A stretch of 64,000 bases of DNA from an uncultured Ectothiorhodospiraceae bacterium (GTDB taxonomy: Bacteria > Pseudomonadota > Gammaproteobacteria > CAMYNG01). The notes under the pieces were generated by a model. That model was not told the DNA's origin, made no database searches, and was given only the letters and a program-made list of their open reading frames with translations. Each line of letters opens with the position of its first letter. Within the stretch, counting starts at the first letter, position 1. The stretch covers positions 10,892 through 74,891 of the forward strand of contig CAMYNG010000019.1 of assembly GCA_947259765.1 (NCBI GenBank), written 5' to 3'. Shown here piece by piece: positions 1 to 9,772 of this stretch. Position numbers and translations under genes: made by a program.

Positions 1-1
1 T

Positions 2-460
2 TGGCCTGTGGTTGGCAAGCTTGTTTGTGGTGCCGGAACATTGTTTATCGATCGAAGCCGAAGGTCGGCGGCTAAACAGGCGGTTTCCGATCTAGTCGAT
101 GTGTTGTCCAGTCGAGATTCTGTTGTGGTGTTTCCCGAGGGAACAACGACAACGGGTTTCCACGTCAAGCCATTTCACGGTGGCCTGTTTCAGGCCGCGA
201 TTGACAGTTGTGTTTTGACGCAAGTGGTTGCCTTAAGCTATCAGCGCAATGGTGAAGTTGATCTTATTTCTCCATTCGTAGCCGACGATACGCTGCCCCG
301 GCATCTATTTCGTATCCTTGCGCAAGCAAAAACGGAAGTCACCATCCAGTTCGGTGCCGTGACACCGGCAAAAGGGCAATCCCGTCGCGAAATGGCGGCC
401 AGCAGTCACCGGCAAATTTGTAGTTTGCTGGATCTCGCGCCGGATGCCCAAGCCGCCTAG
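2..460 (+). CDS. 1-acyl-sn-glycerol-3-phosphate acyltransferase family protein, C-terminal part (5' end outside the window)
   Basis: The reading frame is open to the window edge. It contains the acyltransferase block VVFPEGTTTTG followed by KPFHGG. Confidence 0.65.
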   Translation, partial: WPVVGKLVCGAGTLFIDRSRRSAAKQAVSDLVDVLSSRDSVVVFPEGTTTTGFHVKPFHGGLFQAAIDSCVLTQVVALSYQRNGEVDLISPFVADDTLPRHLFRILAQAKTEVTIQFGAVTPAKGQSRREMAASSHRQICSLLDLAPDAQAA

Positions 461-533
461 CGGAGACCCTCGAGCTTGATTCGTATGGGCACCTTTTCTG
501 AATAGATTATTGAATTTTTTCAAGGCCGGATCT

Positions 534-1025
534 TCAACGAGAAACACCAACGCCAACACCAAAGTGAATATTGGTTTTTTTCTGAGACTGTTTTGGCCAC
601 AAGTGTAATTGAACCGGCTTGACCACCGGAAATCGATAGGAGGCTTTGCCGACTTTCCCATTGGCGATGGCCATAACCGTACCGACTACGGTGATACTTC
701 GGTCGTTGGTGTATTTGGCGGGGTCCAAAAAGCCTTGCCGTTCGATAATAAAGCGCCCCCCGGCTTCCTTTGACGTATTGGGTGATCCGTTGCTGCTCAG
801 GGGTCGTGAAAGCACTTCAATGTGTGTTGCGGATTTTAGATTGGTGGTCTTAATTATGTCGCCACCCCAAAACACGCGCATTGAACGGTCCACGGTTTTC
901 TGCTCTGCTATCAACTGCGGTGTTATTTCAGTATTGACTCCGTCGGTGTTAAATGTCGGTGCACTCGAACACGCCGTGGTTAACAGGCTTGTGGTGATCG
1001 ATAGTATGAACAGACGGATACACAT
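534..1025 (-). CDS. slp: Slp family outer-membrane lipoprotein
   Basis: Lipobox LLTTAC|SS. Slp-like core VFWGGDII...THIEVLSRPL...GRFII...FLDPAKY...ITVVGTV. Confidence 0.75.
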   Translation of the reverse strand: MCIRLFILSITTSLLTTACSSAPTFNTDGVNTEITPQLIAEQKTVDRSMRVFWGGDIIKTTNLKSATHIEVLSRPLSSNGSPNTSKEAGGRFIIERQGFLDPAKYTNDRSITVVGTVMAIANGKVGKASYRFPVVKPVQLHLWPKQSQKKTNIHFGVGVGVSR

Positions 1026-1040
1026 GGACAGTTAGCCAGG

Positions 1041-1583
1041 TTAGTAACGGTAAAAGTGATAGGGATACGGATAGTAATAGGGAAACGAATGCCACGGATA
1101 CCAGGGGTAATACAAATACGGATCGTCGGAGTCATCCGGCCACAGATAGTGCTGCTCGACCTCCACCACGGGTTGTTTATAGGGAAACTCGCCGATGGTA
1201 ATCGTTTCCTGCCCAGTGTATTGACCGACCACCGTCAGTTTCCGCTCATTGGGATATAACGCCGGGTCGAGGAACTGTGGAAATTCCGCAATGAACCTGC
1301 CAGGGCTGGATTCGACATCCTTTGGTCGGCCATTTTTCGTCAGCGGTCTGGCGAGTACAGTAATGCGGGTTGATCGGGCTAAATTTTGCGTAGCCAGTAT
1401 TTTTCCGCCCCAACGCACGGTTTGACCCACACAGCAATCTGGATTGGATTGTACCCGAACGATGTCGGGATTTTCCTCCGGTGGGTTTTTTATCTGCAAC
1501 GGAACACTGCTACTACAACCGCAAAGGATCATTACTATGCTCACGCCGCCGCAGATTAAAACTTTGCGTTTTACCTGAATCAT
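1041..1583 (-). CDS. slp: Slp family outer-membrane lipoprotein (paralog) with an aromatic-rich C-terminal tail
   Basis: Signal/lipobox MILCGC|SSS. Core VRWGGKIL...TRITVLARPL...GRFIAEF..FLDPALY..LTVVGQY parallels the upstream paralog. The tail is YLYYPWYPWHSFPYYYPYPYHFYRY. Confidence 0.75.
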   Translation of the reverse strand: MIQVKRKVLICGGVSIVMILCGCSSSVPLQIKNPPEENPDIVRVQSNPDCCVGQTVRWGGKILATQNLARSTRITVLARPLTKNGRPKDVESSPGRFIAEFPQFLDPALYPNERKLTVVGQYTGQETITIGEFPYKQPVVEVEQHYLWPDDSDDPYLYYPWYPWHSFPYYYPYPYHFYRY

Positions 1584-1601
1584 AGATCTTTCGACATTCG
1601 T

Positions 1602-2780
1602 TTACCGCGGGGGTTGCGGCTGCAGGCAGAATTCCTTAACAAGCGCGCTTAGCAGGTCTTGCATGGGCTGGATGTTTTCGCCAGGCAGAAACTCATCGGG
1701 CCGGTGCGCTTGATCAATTCGGCCGGGGCCCAGCACCACCGATTCCATGCCCAGCTCATTTAAATACGGGCCCTCCGTGCAATACGCCGCGGCTTCTGCC
1801 GGATAACCGGTTAACTGCTCACAAGCGGTGACAATAGCCGAGTTTTTTTCGGTGAGCATGGCGTGAGTACCCTCAATCAGTGGAAACAATTCAACGTCAA
1901 GCGGGCTGCTGGCGAAGTGGGTTGCAAGGCGCTGACGAAACTCCTCACGCAAGTTATGCAGTGGCATGCCGGGGAGTGGGCGCAGGTCAAAATGCAGTTC
2001 GCATTCCGCGCAAATTCGATTCGGATTGTCGCCGCCGTGGATGTGGCCGAGGTTCAGCGTTGGCACGGCTACTTCAAACACCGGGTCTTGGTAGCGTTGC
2101 TGCAGGTCTGCGCGCCACGCCAGTAATTCGTTTAGAACTTCTGTCATGCCTTCCATTGCGTTGTGTCCCAGGCGCGGATCACTTGAGTGGCCGGACTGGC
2201 CGCGCACGCGTACCGCTTCCATCATCATCCCTTTGTGTGCATGCACCGGGCGCAGGTTCGTGGGTTCACCAATAACCGCGTAGCGTGCCCTGGGCTTGCC
2301 CAGCTCAAGCAGTGCGCGGGCGCCATCCATAGAGCTCTCCTCATCGGAGGTTGCCAAAATAATTAGCGGTTGTTGCAGGTCCTTCTCAGTTAGATTGCGG
2401 ATGGTATCGATAGCGACTGCAAAAAAACCTTTCATGTCGGTGGTGCCCAGACCATAGAAGCGGCCGTCGCGCTCGTCGAGACGAAATGGATCGCTGTTCC
2501 AACGCTGCTCAATACACGGCACGGTGTCCGTGTGGCCGGACAGTACCAATCCACCGGGACCTTTCCCCAGTGTCGCGATCAAATTTGATTTTTGCGGCTG
2601 GGCCGCCACGGCTGTGATCTCGATCTGAAATCCCAGATCTGCCAGCCAGGACGCCAACAAGTCGATGACACTTTGGTTACTTTGATCAAACTCGGGGCTG
2701 ACGCTGCTTATGGACGGCCGCGCAATAAGCTCGGCCATCATGCCCACCAAGGAAGGGATTTTTGAGCTGTTGGCTTGCAT
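1602..2780 (-). CDS. argE: acetylornithine deacetylase
   Basis: M20 peptidase/ArgE pattern: LVLSGHTDTVP, GLGTTDMKG, SDEESS, GEPT. 392 aa, in arginine gene context. Confidence 0.85.
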   Translation of the reverse strand: MQANSSKIPSLVGMMAELIARPSISSVSPEFDQSNQSVIDLLASWLADLGFQIEITAVAAQPQKSNLIATLGKGPGGLVLSGHTDTVPCIEQRWNSDPFRLDERDGRFYGLGTTDMKGFFAVAIDTIRNLTEKDLQQPLIILATSDEESSMDGARALLELGKPRARYAVIGEPTNLRPVHAHKGMMMEAVRVRGQSGHSSDPRLGHNAMEGMTEVLNELLAWRADLQQRYQDPVFEVAVPTLNLGHIHGGDNPNRICAECELHFDLRPLPGMPLHNLREEFRQRLATHFASSPLDVELFPLIEGTHAMLTEKNSAIVTACEQLTGYPAEAAAYCTEGPYLNELGMESVVLGPGRIDQAHRPDEFLPGENIQPMQDLLSALVKEFCLQPQPPR

Positions 2781-2893
2781 CTACGATGCCTGTAGTGGCA
2801 AAACGCCTGCGTGATTTTTTAAGTTTCAGGGGCCTTGGCGTTAACCCGGGTTTTCAAAATATCTGATAACCGTTGGAACCAAGGAGCTATCCG

Positions 2894-3003
2894 GTCGTAC
2901 GACGGCCTTCGGCCGGCAAGACCGTGGGCCGCAGGGACGCGGCCCTCGAGCCTACAGGGACGTATTTACGGCGTGTCTTGCCGGCCGAAGGCCGTTGTAC
3001 GAC
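2894..3003. repeat. long imperfect inverted repeat (29-bp arms, 52-nt spacer containing a second GC hairpin)
   Basis: GTCGTACGACGGCCTTCGGCCGGCAAGAC (2894-2922) is the reverse complement of GTCTTGCCGGCCGAAGGCCGTTGTACGAC (2975-3003) with 1 mismatch. The spacer holds GGGCCGC-AGGGAC-GCGGCCC. Confidence 0.7.
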
Positions 3004-3112
3004 TTACAACCATTACTGGAATTCAAACCAGCATGAATTTAGTGGAGCCATTTGTAACAAATATTTGGACGAACTTCCCTAGAGCCTGGTTCCTAGAAGC
3101 TAGTACCCGCCG

Positions 3113-3778
3113 CTATAAATCCCAGCTGCCACGCTTTTTAAAGCGAAGCTTGGGAAAAATAAGCCCCAGGATAATACCGCCCAGCAGTACGGCCGCGCCG
3201 ATGACAAACCATTCGCGATCGGATTTATCCTTTAATACCTGGTTCTCCTGGTTCTTCAGCTGCAGCTCATTTTCCAGAGAAACGTTGGCTTCCTTCAAAC
3301 GTTTATTTTCCTTGTCCAGTTGGATCGGGCGGGTGGATACCTCTTCCAGGTGTGCCATGCGCTTCTCCAGCCCTTGCTTGTTTGAGCTGAGTTCGGCGTT
3401 GGATTTTTTTAAAGCGTTTCGGTCGGTCTGCAATTTGGCTAATTGCTCCTTGAGCTCGGCCATTTGCGCAGAGCTCTCGGCCACCTTCTGTTCCGCTGCC
3501 GCCAACTTCTCGCGGGCAACCGGTTCATCCATAAGGTACTGGGTACGCACCCAACCTTCGGTACCATCGCTGGTCTTGACCCGGGCATAGTCATCCGTCA
3601 TTTCCATGATTTCAAGATGCGTGCCGCTGCTGATGGTTTTGATGATTCTGTGTTGGTTGCCCTGGCCGGTGCGGAGTGTGATACGGAGCTGGTCGCTCAC
3701 GTACATGACGTCGGCGGCCAGCCCCGGCGTGGGAATCAGAAGAACGGCCAACAGAATTTTTTTGATCACGGCATCCAC
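3113..3778 (-). CDS. SH3-domain membrane-anchored protein (YgiM-like), coiled-coil middle, C-terminal TM
   Basis: Signal peptide, then an SH3b-like YVSDQLRITLRTGQG...GWVRTQYL segment, a long coiled coil, and a C-terminal hydrophobic helix WFVIGAAVLLGGIILGLIF. Confidence 0.65.
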   Translation of the reverse strand: MDAVIKKILLAVLLIPTPGLAADVMYVSDQLRITLRTGQGNQHRIIKTISSGTHLEIMEMTDDYARVKTSDGTEGWVRTQYLMDEPVAREKLAAAEQKVAESSAQMAELKEQLAKLQTDRNALKKSNAELSSNKQGLEKRMAHLEEVSTRPIQLDKENKRLKEANVSLENELQLKNQENQVLKDKSDREWFVIGAAVLLGGIILGLIFPKLRFKKRGSWDL

Positions 3779-3987
3779 CCGTCGATTTGCTTGATGCTAT
3801 TATTTATGACAATTCCCGGCTGGCGGGCCGGCGTACCGATTGTAAGTGAAACCTGGTTAAATATTGTGCGCGCCCAGTCACAATTTGGGCTGGGGCTTAA
3901 GCTTTTGATTAAGCACCAATTTCCCGGTCGAGTCAACTGGCAAGTCAGGACCGGTCAGGCTTTCATCAGCTTGTAATATTGGTTGGT

Positions 3988-4005
3988 TGTAATGCGCGGG
4001 TTACA
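3988..4005 (+). promoter_or_regulatory. candidate Pho box upstream of phoB
   Basis: TGTAATG-cgcg-GGTTACA has the same 7+4+7 layout as the pstS repeats TGTAACA-gaac-GGTCATA. It overlaps the perfect palindrome GGTTACATGTAACC (3999-4012). Confidence 0.4.
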
Positions 4006-4057
4006 TGTAACCTTGGAACGGACTACTATGCAACCAGCGCACAAATTGCAAAACGAG

Positions 4058-4750
4058 ATGACCCCGACGATCCTTATCGTGGAAGACGAGGCACCGATAC
4101 GGGAGATGTTGAATTTCACACTGACCCGCGAGGGCTTCAAGGTAATTGAAGCCGAGGATGTCGCGCAGGCCCAGGCCCGAATTTCGGATTCCGCTCCGGA
4201 CCTTGTTCTGCTTGATTGGATGCTGCCGGGAGTCAGCGGTGTTGAACTGGCGCGCAGGTTGCGGCGCGAGGAACGCACAAGGGCAATGCCTATAATAATG
4301 CTCACTGCACGTACCGAGGAAGAAAACCGCATCCAGGGACTCGAGGTCGGCGCGGATGATTATGTCACCAAACCGTTCTCGCCCCGTGAGCTGGTCGCGC
4401 GTATCCGGGCCGTGCTGCGGCGGGCGCATCCGGACGATGTAGAGCGTTCCATCGAGGTGGATAGTCTCAAGCTCGATCCCGTCGGGCATCGGGTGATGAG
4501 TGACGGCAAGGAACTTCAACTCGGACCGACTGAGTATCGGTTGTTGCATTTCTTTATGACCCACCCGGAACGCGTCTTCAGCCGTGCCCAGTTACTCGAT
4601 CAGGTGTGGGGTGATAACGTGTTCATTGAAGAGCGCACAATCGATGTGCACATTCGCCGCTTGCGTAAGATCCTTTCACCCGAGGGTCATGACCGATTCA
4701 TTCAAACCGTGCGTGGCGCCGGTTACCGGTTTTCAACCCAGGTCGGCTGA
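4058..4750 (+). CDS. phoB: phosphate regulon response regulator PhoB
   Basis: [11 protein letters not shown]... receiver domain plus an OmpR-type winged helix (TVRGAGYRF). 230 aa from the ATG at 4058. The ORF-track start at 3983 would overlap the putative Pho box. Confidence 0.9.
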   Translation: MTPTILIVEDEAPIREMLNFTLTREGFKVIEAEDVAQAQARISDSAPDLVLLDWMLPGVSGVELARRLRREERTRAMPIIMLTARTEEENRIQGLEVGADDYVTKPFSPRELVARIRAVLRRAHPDDVERSIEVDSLKLDPVGHRVMSDGKELQLGPTEYRLLHFFMTHPERVFSRAQLLDQVWGDNVFIEERTIDVHIRRLRKILSPEGHDRFIQTVRGAGYRFSTQVG

Positions 4751-4752
4751 CC

Positions 4753-6087
4753 TTGCCCGCCAAGACCGCTGAAGAATTCTGGCGCATCTTTCTTGGCGCG
4801 ATAACTGCCGCATTTCTGGGACTGCTGTTGGATCAAGTCGTCATCGCGCTGCTAATCTTTTTTGTTCTTATATCCGCCTGGAATTTCTACAATCTCTACC
4901 GCCTGCAGCGTTGGCTCGAAAAAGGTAAAAAGTATGTTCCACCCTCGTCGGTGGGACTGTGGGACGATGTGTTTCACGAGATTTTCCGGCTCCAGCAACG
5001 TAGCCGCAAACGTAACAAGCGTATTGTAAAATTACTCAATCGCTTCCGTGAGTCCACGGCAGCCTTGCCCGATGGCGTGGTTGTACAGGATCAGTACGGC
5101 GCCATTGAATGGTGGAACGATTCCGCCGAGCGTATGTTGGCGCTACATTATCCACAGGATGTGGGTCAACGCATTACCAACCTGGTACGCAACCCCGAAT
5201 TTACTGCTTATTGTGCCGCGGACGATCCACCTGATCGGGCAGTGTTTCAGTCACCGACTGACGAGGAAATCACACTGGCCGTGCGGCGTGTGCCCTATGG
5301 CAACAAACAGGAAATGTTGCTGGTGCGTGACATCACCATGTTTGAGCGTGTTGAACGCATGCGACGTGATTTTGTTGCAAATATTTCACATGAAATGCGT
5401 ACACCACTCACGGTCATGCGAGGGTTTCTTGAGAGTATGGTCGACCACGAGAGCGTACCGCCAGAAGAGTGGCAGCGCTCCGTGGAGTTGATGCGGCAGC
5501 AGGCCATGCGTATGCATCGTCTGGTGGAAGACTTGATGTTGTTGTCGCGCCTCGAAAATAGCGAGCGTGAGTCCAGCCTGGATTCCTTACCGGTTCCGCA
5601 ACTCCTTGCTACCTTGCACGAAGAGGCCGATCTTCTTAATCGCGAGAAAAAACACAGCCTGTTGTGGGATGTGGATGATTCACTGTACCTGCGTGGAAAT
5701 GCCAAGGAACTCGACAGTGTATTCCTTAATCTCATTGTAAATGCCATCAATTATACGCCGGCCGGAGGCAAAATCAGCGTGCGTTGGTATCGTGATGAGC
5801 ACGGCGCCCACTTTGAAGTGAAAGATAACGGCGTCGGTATTGCTGCTCACCATCTGCCACGATTGACGGAACGCTTTTATCGCGTGGATGTAGCACGTTC
5901 ACGGGAATCAGGAGGTTCCGGACTGGGTCTGGCTATTGCCAAACATATCCTGTCGCGGCATAACGCCGTCCTTAAAGTTGAAAGCACGGTGGGCCATGGC
6001 AGTACCTTTCGCTGCGACTTCCCGGTGGAGTTGGTCATCATCGAAGGTTCGTCGCGCACCACGGAGCAGTCTAGCCCCGCCGCGTGA
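4753..6087 (+). CDS. phoR: phosphate regulon sensor histidine kinase PhoR
   Basis: Two N-terminal TM helices, a PAS region, H-box FVANISHEMRTPLT, and N/G boxes NLIVNAINYTP, DNGVGI, GGSGLGLAI. Starts 2 nt after phoB. Confidence 0.9.
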   Translation: MPAKTAEEFWRIFLGAITAAFLGLLLDQVVIALLIFFVLISAWNFYNLYRLQRWLEKGKKYVPPSSVGLWDDVFHEIFRLQQRSRKRNKRIVKLLNRFRESTAALPDGVVVQDQYGAIEWWNDSAERMLALHYPQDVGQRITNLVRNPEFTAYCAADDPPDRAVFQSPTDEEITLAVRRVPYGNKQEMLLVRDITMFERVERMRRDFVANISHEMRTPLTVMRGFLESMVDHESVPPEEWQRSVELMRQQAMRMHRLVEDLMLLSRLENSERESSLDSLPVPQLLATLHEEADLLNREKKHSLLWDVDDSLYLRGNAKELDSVFLNLIVNAINYTPAGGKISVRWYRDEHGAHFEVKDNGVGIAAHHLPRLTERFYRVDVARSRESGGSGLGLAIAKHILSRHNAVLKVESTVGHGSTFRCDFPVELVIIEGSSRTTEQSSPAA

Positions 6088-6109
6088 ACTGGAATTGTCG
6101 GTTTGTGTG

Positions 6110-6149
6110 TGTAACAGAACGGTCATATTTGTTACATCACGTTGTCACA
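6110..6149 (+). promoter_or_regulatory. tandem Pho boxes upstream of pstS
   Basis: Four 7-mers phased at 11 bp: TGTAACA gaac GGTCATA tttg TTACATC acgt TGTCACA. They lie about 75 nt upstream of the pstS ATG. Confidence 0.6.
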
Positions 6150-6223
6150 AACAGATCTCAAACTCCTCCTCAGTCGAATAAGTCAAATTACCTAAAAGAT
6201 CTTTCCTTAAGGAGCCAACTTAA

Positions 6224-7198
6224 ATGCTGAGTAAAAAAATTATGACAACGGTCGCCGTGGCCGCTACGACCCTGGTAATGGGAAGTGCGCTGGCGGATTC
6301 GAAAATTGATGCGGCTATTCCGTCCTACAGCAAGGCCAGCGGTGTTTCGGGGAACCTGAGCAGTGTCGGTTCCGACACGCTTGCCAACCTCATGACCCTG
6401 TGGGCAGAAGAATTCAAACGTAATTATCCGAACGTTAACATCCAGATCCAGGCTGCCGGTTCTTCAACTGCACCGCCTGCGCTGACCGAAGGTACTTCCA
6501 ATGTGGGACCGATGAGCCGTAAGATGAAGGCCAAAGAACTGGAAAGCTTTGAGAAGAAATTCGGCTACAAGCCCACCCCGATCCCGGTTGCTATCGATGC
6601 TTTGGCGGTTTATGTCCACAAGGACAACCCCATCAAGGGCATGACGATCCCGGAAGTGGATGCGGTTTTTTCAGCGACGCGTAAATGTGGATTTACCAAG
6701 AATGTTAAGAACTGGGGTGACCTGGGTCTGGCGGGTGCGTGGAAGAGCCGTGATATCCAGCTCTACGGCCGTAACTCGGTTTCCGGTACCTACGGCTACT
6801 TCAAGAAGAAAGCACTCTGCAAGGGTGACTATAAGAATACCGTCAACGAACAACCGGGTTCAGCTTCAGTGGTACAGTCGGTTTCTGCATCGTTGAACGG
6901 CATCGGCTACTCGGGCATCGGTTATAAAACTTCCGGAGTCAAGGCCGTACCGTTGACCAAAAAGGACGGCAAGCCTTTCGTCGAAGCCACACCTGAAAAT
7001 GCCGTTAAGGGTTCTTACCCGTTGGCACGCTTCCTCTATGTTTATGTCAATATTGAGCCGAACCGACCGCTAAATCCTTTGGTGCGTGAATTCCTCAAGA
7101 TGGTGAACTCTAAGGAAGGCCAACAGGTCGTGGTTAAGGACGGCTACATTCCGTTGCCCGCCAAAGTTGTGGAAAAGAACATGGCCATGCTCAAGTAG
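6224..7198 (+). CDS. pstS: phosphate ABC transporter substrate-binding protein PstS
   Basis: Signal peptide ...GSALA|DSK. PstS-family motifs [24 protein letters not shown]. Confidence 0.9.
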   Translation: MLSKKIMTTVAVAATTLVMGSALADSKIDAAIPSYSKASGVSGNLSSVGSDTLANLMTLWAEEFKRNYPNVNIQIQAAGSSTAPPALTEGTSNVGPMSRKMKAKELESFEKKFGYKPTPIPVAIDALAVYVHKDNPIKGMTIPEVDAVFSATRKCGFTKNVKNWGDLGLAGAWKSRDIQLYGRNSVSGTYGYFKKKALCKGDYKNTVNEQPGSASVVQSVSASLNGIGYSGIGYKTSGVKAVPLTKKDGKPFVEATPENAVKGSYPLARFLYVYVNIEPNRPLNPLVREFLKMVNSKEGQQVVVKDGYIPLPAKVVEKNMAMLK

Positions 7199-7247
7199 AC
7201 CATGGTGTCATGTTTTACCCGGCGGCTCTTCGCCGTCGGTGGACTGC

Positions 7248-7277
7248 AAAAAGCCCCGCTATAGCGGGGCTTTTTTA
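7248..7277 (+). terminator. rho-independent terminator after pstS
   Basis: AGCCCCGC-tata-GCGGGGCT stem followed by TTTTTT. Confidence 0.75.
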
Positions 7278-7436
7278 TGGGTGTTCCGTGATAGATTCCG
7301 AACCGGCGTTAAGACGCTAAGCCATGTAATACCGGTAGTTTGGCTTTAGCCCCCGGGTTCCATCGGCGTGGTGCGCACGACTACAAATTTAATATATAAA
7401 ACAATGTGATACATGGTCATCACGGTGCCGCTTTTG

Positions 7437-7454
7437 TGTAACAAAAATGTCACA
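7437..7454 (+). promoter_or_regulatory. Pho box upstream of pstC
   Basis: TGTAACA-aaaa-TGTCACA sits 24 nt upstream of the pstC start. Further 11-bp-phased half sites (TGTGATA, GGTCATC) lie upstream. Confidence 0.5.
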
Positions 7455-7477
7455 AACGTGCCGTATTATCCTCGTCG

Positions 7478-9760
7478 ATGAGTTCCTCAACACCTGATAC
7501 CACGACCGCCAAGTCCCAGCTTGGCGGCCCGTCCGCTGCGCGCCGACTTCGCTGGCGGTTGCTCAAAGACCTATTGATCCGTAATGCCGTGGGTTTTGGC
7601 GGTACCAGCGTCATAGTCATTATTACGCTGATATTTTTCTATCTGTTGTGGGTGGTGTTGCCGATCTTTTTCTCGGCCGAGCTTTTTCCTCAAGCGCGCT
7701 ACACCGTACCCGGCGGCGATGCTGAGCAAACCTTGCACCTGGCCATGGAAGAACAGGCCGAGGTTGCACTACGCGTCACCCGTGACGGACGGTTGGTGTT
7801 TTTCGACACCACAAACGGTGGGTTGAAAAAAGAGTTCGTGCTTCCCTTACCAGCCGGCGTCACTGTTTCCAGCATGGCTGATGCCCAATCTAATATGGAT
7901 ACACTGGCGATGGGCTTGTCGGACGGCAGTGCCCTGGTGGTGCGGCATCGATACCGCGTAACCTTTCCCGAGGATCGGCGAGTCATCACTCCTTATCTGG
8001 AATATCCGTTGGGCGAGACACCCGTAGTGTTGGATCCCTTTGGCAAACCGGTAACGACGTTTGCCGTGCAGTGGGGCGAGGAACGCATCACGCTGGCGGC
8101 TCCCTTACCCGATTCCCGGCTGACGGTAGTGAGCTACGTAAAAGAGGAATCAATGCTGGGTGAGGAAAGTGAATTCGTCCGTGTTGAGCAATTTCTTGAC
8201 GGCACGCCCAAGACTGTTACCCACATAGCGATAGATCAGGACCAGCAGGAATTGTATGCCGCTGCCGATGACGGCACGCTTTTTTACTACAGCATCGACG
8301 ATCCTGAATCGCCATTCTTGCTGCAACAACTGCCGCTACTGGAAGGGGATGCACGCCTGACCGTACTGAGCAGCCTGCTTGGCGGAATTTCGCTGCTGGT
8401 GGGCAGTGATGATAATCGCCTGGTACAGTGGTCTGCAGTGCCTCGCGAGGGTGGGCCGGCGCAAATGACACGCATTCGCGAATTCGATCCCATGACGGCC
8501 GCGATAACGACTATCGCTCCGGAACATCACCGCAAGGGTTTTCTGGCCGCCGACGCTAATGGTGAACTTGGCGTGTTTCACACTACCGCCCACCGTACGT
8601 TGTTGATCGAGCCGCTGGCTGATCAGGCCATTACGCATTTGGCCATCGGGCCACGCGCCAATGCATTGTTGGCCCAGGATACGGCGGGCAATCTCTATTT
8701 CAACGGCATACATAACGAACATCCGGAAATCTCCTGGTCCTCGCTGTGGGGTAAAGTCTGGTACGAGAGTTATGCCGAGCCGCAATATAAGTGGCAGTCT
8801 TCCGCGGCTACCAGCGATTTCGAGCCCAAATTCAGTCTGGTACCGATCTCTTTCGGTACCATCAAGGCAGCGTTTTACGCCATGCTGATTGCTGTACCTT
8901 TGTCGATCATGGGTGCAATTTTTACCGCGCACTTCATGTCACCGCGCATGCGTAGTGTGGTCAAACCCAGCATTGAGATCATGGAAGCGTTACCGACGGT
9001 CATTCTTGGTTTTCTGGCCGGGCTTTGGCTAGCGCCCTATATCGAGAAAAGTCTGCCCGGTATTTTCGCCATGTTGCTGTTGATGCCGCCGGGTATTCTA
9101 CTCTCGGCATACCTCTGGCATCGCTTGCCCGAAAACATACGGTTACGTGTCCCGGAGGGTTGGGAAGGTGCGCTACTGATTCCTGTTGTACTGTTTATCG
9201 GCTGGCTTACCCTGGCCGCGAGTCCGGCGCTGGAGAACATGTTCTTTGCGGGTGATATGCGCCTGTGGCTGACCAATGAAATGGGTATCAGTTTTGACCA
9301 GCGGAATTCGATGGTTGTCGGTCTGGCTATGGGTTTTGCGGTGATCCCGACGATTTTCTCTATCGCCGAAGACGCCGTGTTCGCCGTGCCCAAGCATCTT
9401 GTTAACGGTTCACTGGCGCTCGGTGCGACACCCTGGCAAACCATGATGCGTGTTGTGTTGTTGACGGCAAGCCCGGGAATCTTCTCTGCGGTCATGATCG
9501 GATTCGGTCGTGCGGTAGGTGAAACCATGATCGTACTGATGGCCACGGGCAACACCCCGATTATGGACTGGAATATATTTGAGGGCATGCGCACCTTGTC
9601 AGCCAATATCGCGGTTGAAATGCCGGAGTCTGAAGTTGCCAGTTCGCATTATCGCGTATTGTTTCTGGCCGCACTGGTGCTGTTTGCCTTTACCTTCCTT
9701 TTTAATACGCTGGGTGAAGTGGTACGCCAGCGTTTACGGCGCCGATATAGCTCGTTGTAG
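7478..9760 (+). CDS. pstC: phosphate ABC transporter permease PstC, long form with about 450-aa N-terminal extracytoplasmic domain
   Basis: The C-terminal third has the permease core (EALPTVILGF..., [12 protein letters not shown]..., GRAVGETMIV). Operon position is pstS-pstC-pstA-pstB. Confidence 0.85.
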   Translation: MSSSTPDTTTAKSQLGGPSAARRLRWRLLKDLLIRNAVGFGGTSVIVIITLIFFYLLWVVLPIFFSAELFPQARYTVPGGDAEQTLHLAMEEQAEVALRVTRDGRLVFFDTTNGGLKKEFVLPLPAGVTVSSMADAQSNMDTLAMGLSDGSALVVRHRYRVTFPEDRRVITPYLEYPLGETPVVLDPFGKPVTTFAVQWGEERITLAAPLPDSRLTVVSYVKEESMLGEESEFVRVEQFLDGTPKTVTHIAIDQDQQELYAAADDGTLFYYSIDDPESPFLLQQLPLLEGDARLTVLSSLLGGISLLVGSDDNRLVQWSAVPREGGPAQMTRIREFDPMTAAITTIAPEHHRKGFLAADANGELGVFHTTAHRTLLIEPLADQAITHLAIGPRANALLAQDTAGNLYFNGIHNEHPEISWSSLWGKVWYESYAEPQYKWQSSAATSDFEPKFSLVPISFGTIKAAFYAMLIAVPLSIMGAIFTAHFMSPRMRSVVKPSIEIMEALPTVILGFLAGLWLAPYIEKSLPGIFAMLLLMPPGILLSAYLWHRLPENIRLRVPEGWEGALLIPVVLFIGWLTLAASPALENMFFAGDMRLWLTNEMGISFDQRNSMVVGLAMGFAVIPTIFSIAEDAVFAVPKHLVNGSLALGATPWQTMMRVVLLTASPGIFSAVMIGFGRAVGETMIVLMATGNTPIMDWNIFEGMRTLSANIAVEMPESEVASSHYRVLFLAALVLFAFTFLFNTLGEVVRQRLRRRYSSL

Positions 9761-9772
9761 GGTGGATCAGAA

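Noticed and set aside
2835-3590. 251-aa plus-strand ORF and a nested 69-aa ORF.
   Set aside because: They are antisense to the well-supported SH3-domain gene and run across the long inverted repeat. The sequence is low-complexity Ser/Arg-rich, typical of shadow ORFs.
3983-4057. 25-codon N-terminal extension of PhoB in the ORF track.
   Set aside because: It would place the Pho-box-like repeats and the GGTTACATGTAACC palindrome inside the coding region. Starting at ATG 4058 gives the canonical 230-aa PhoB beginning at the receiver domain.
8336-9606. 198-aa and 189-aa minus-strand ORFs within pstC.
   Set aside because: They are antisense to a permease gene that has conserved motifs, and they have no features of their own.
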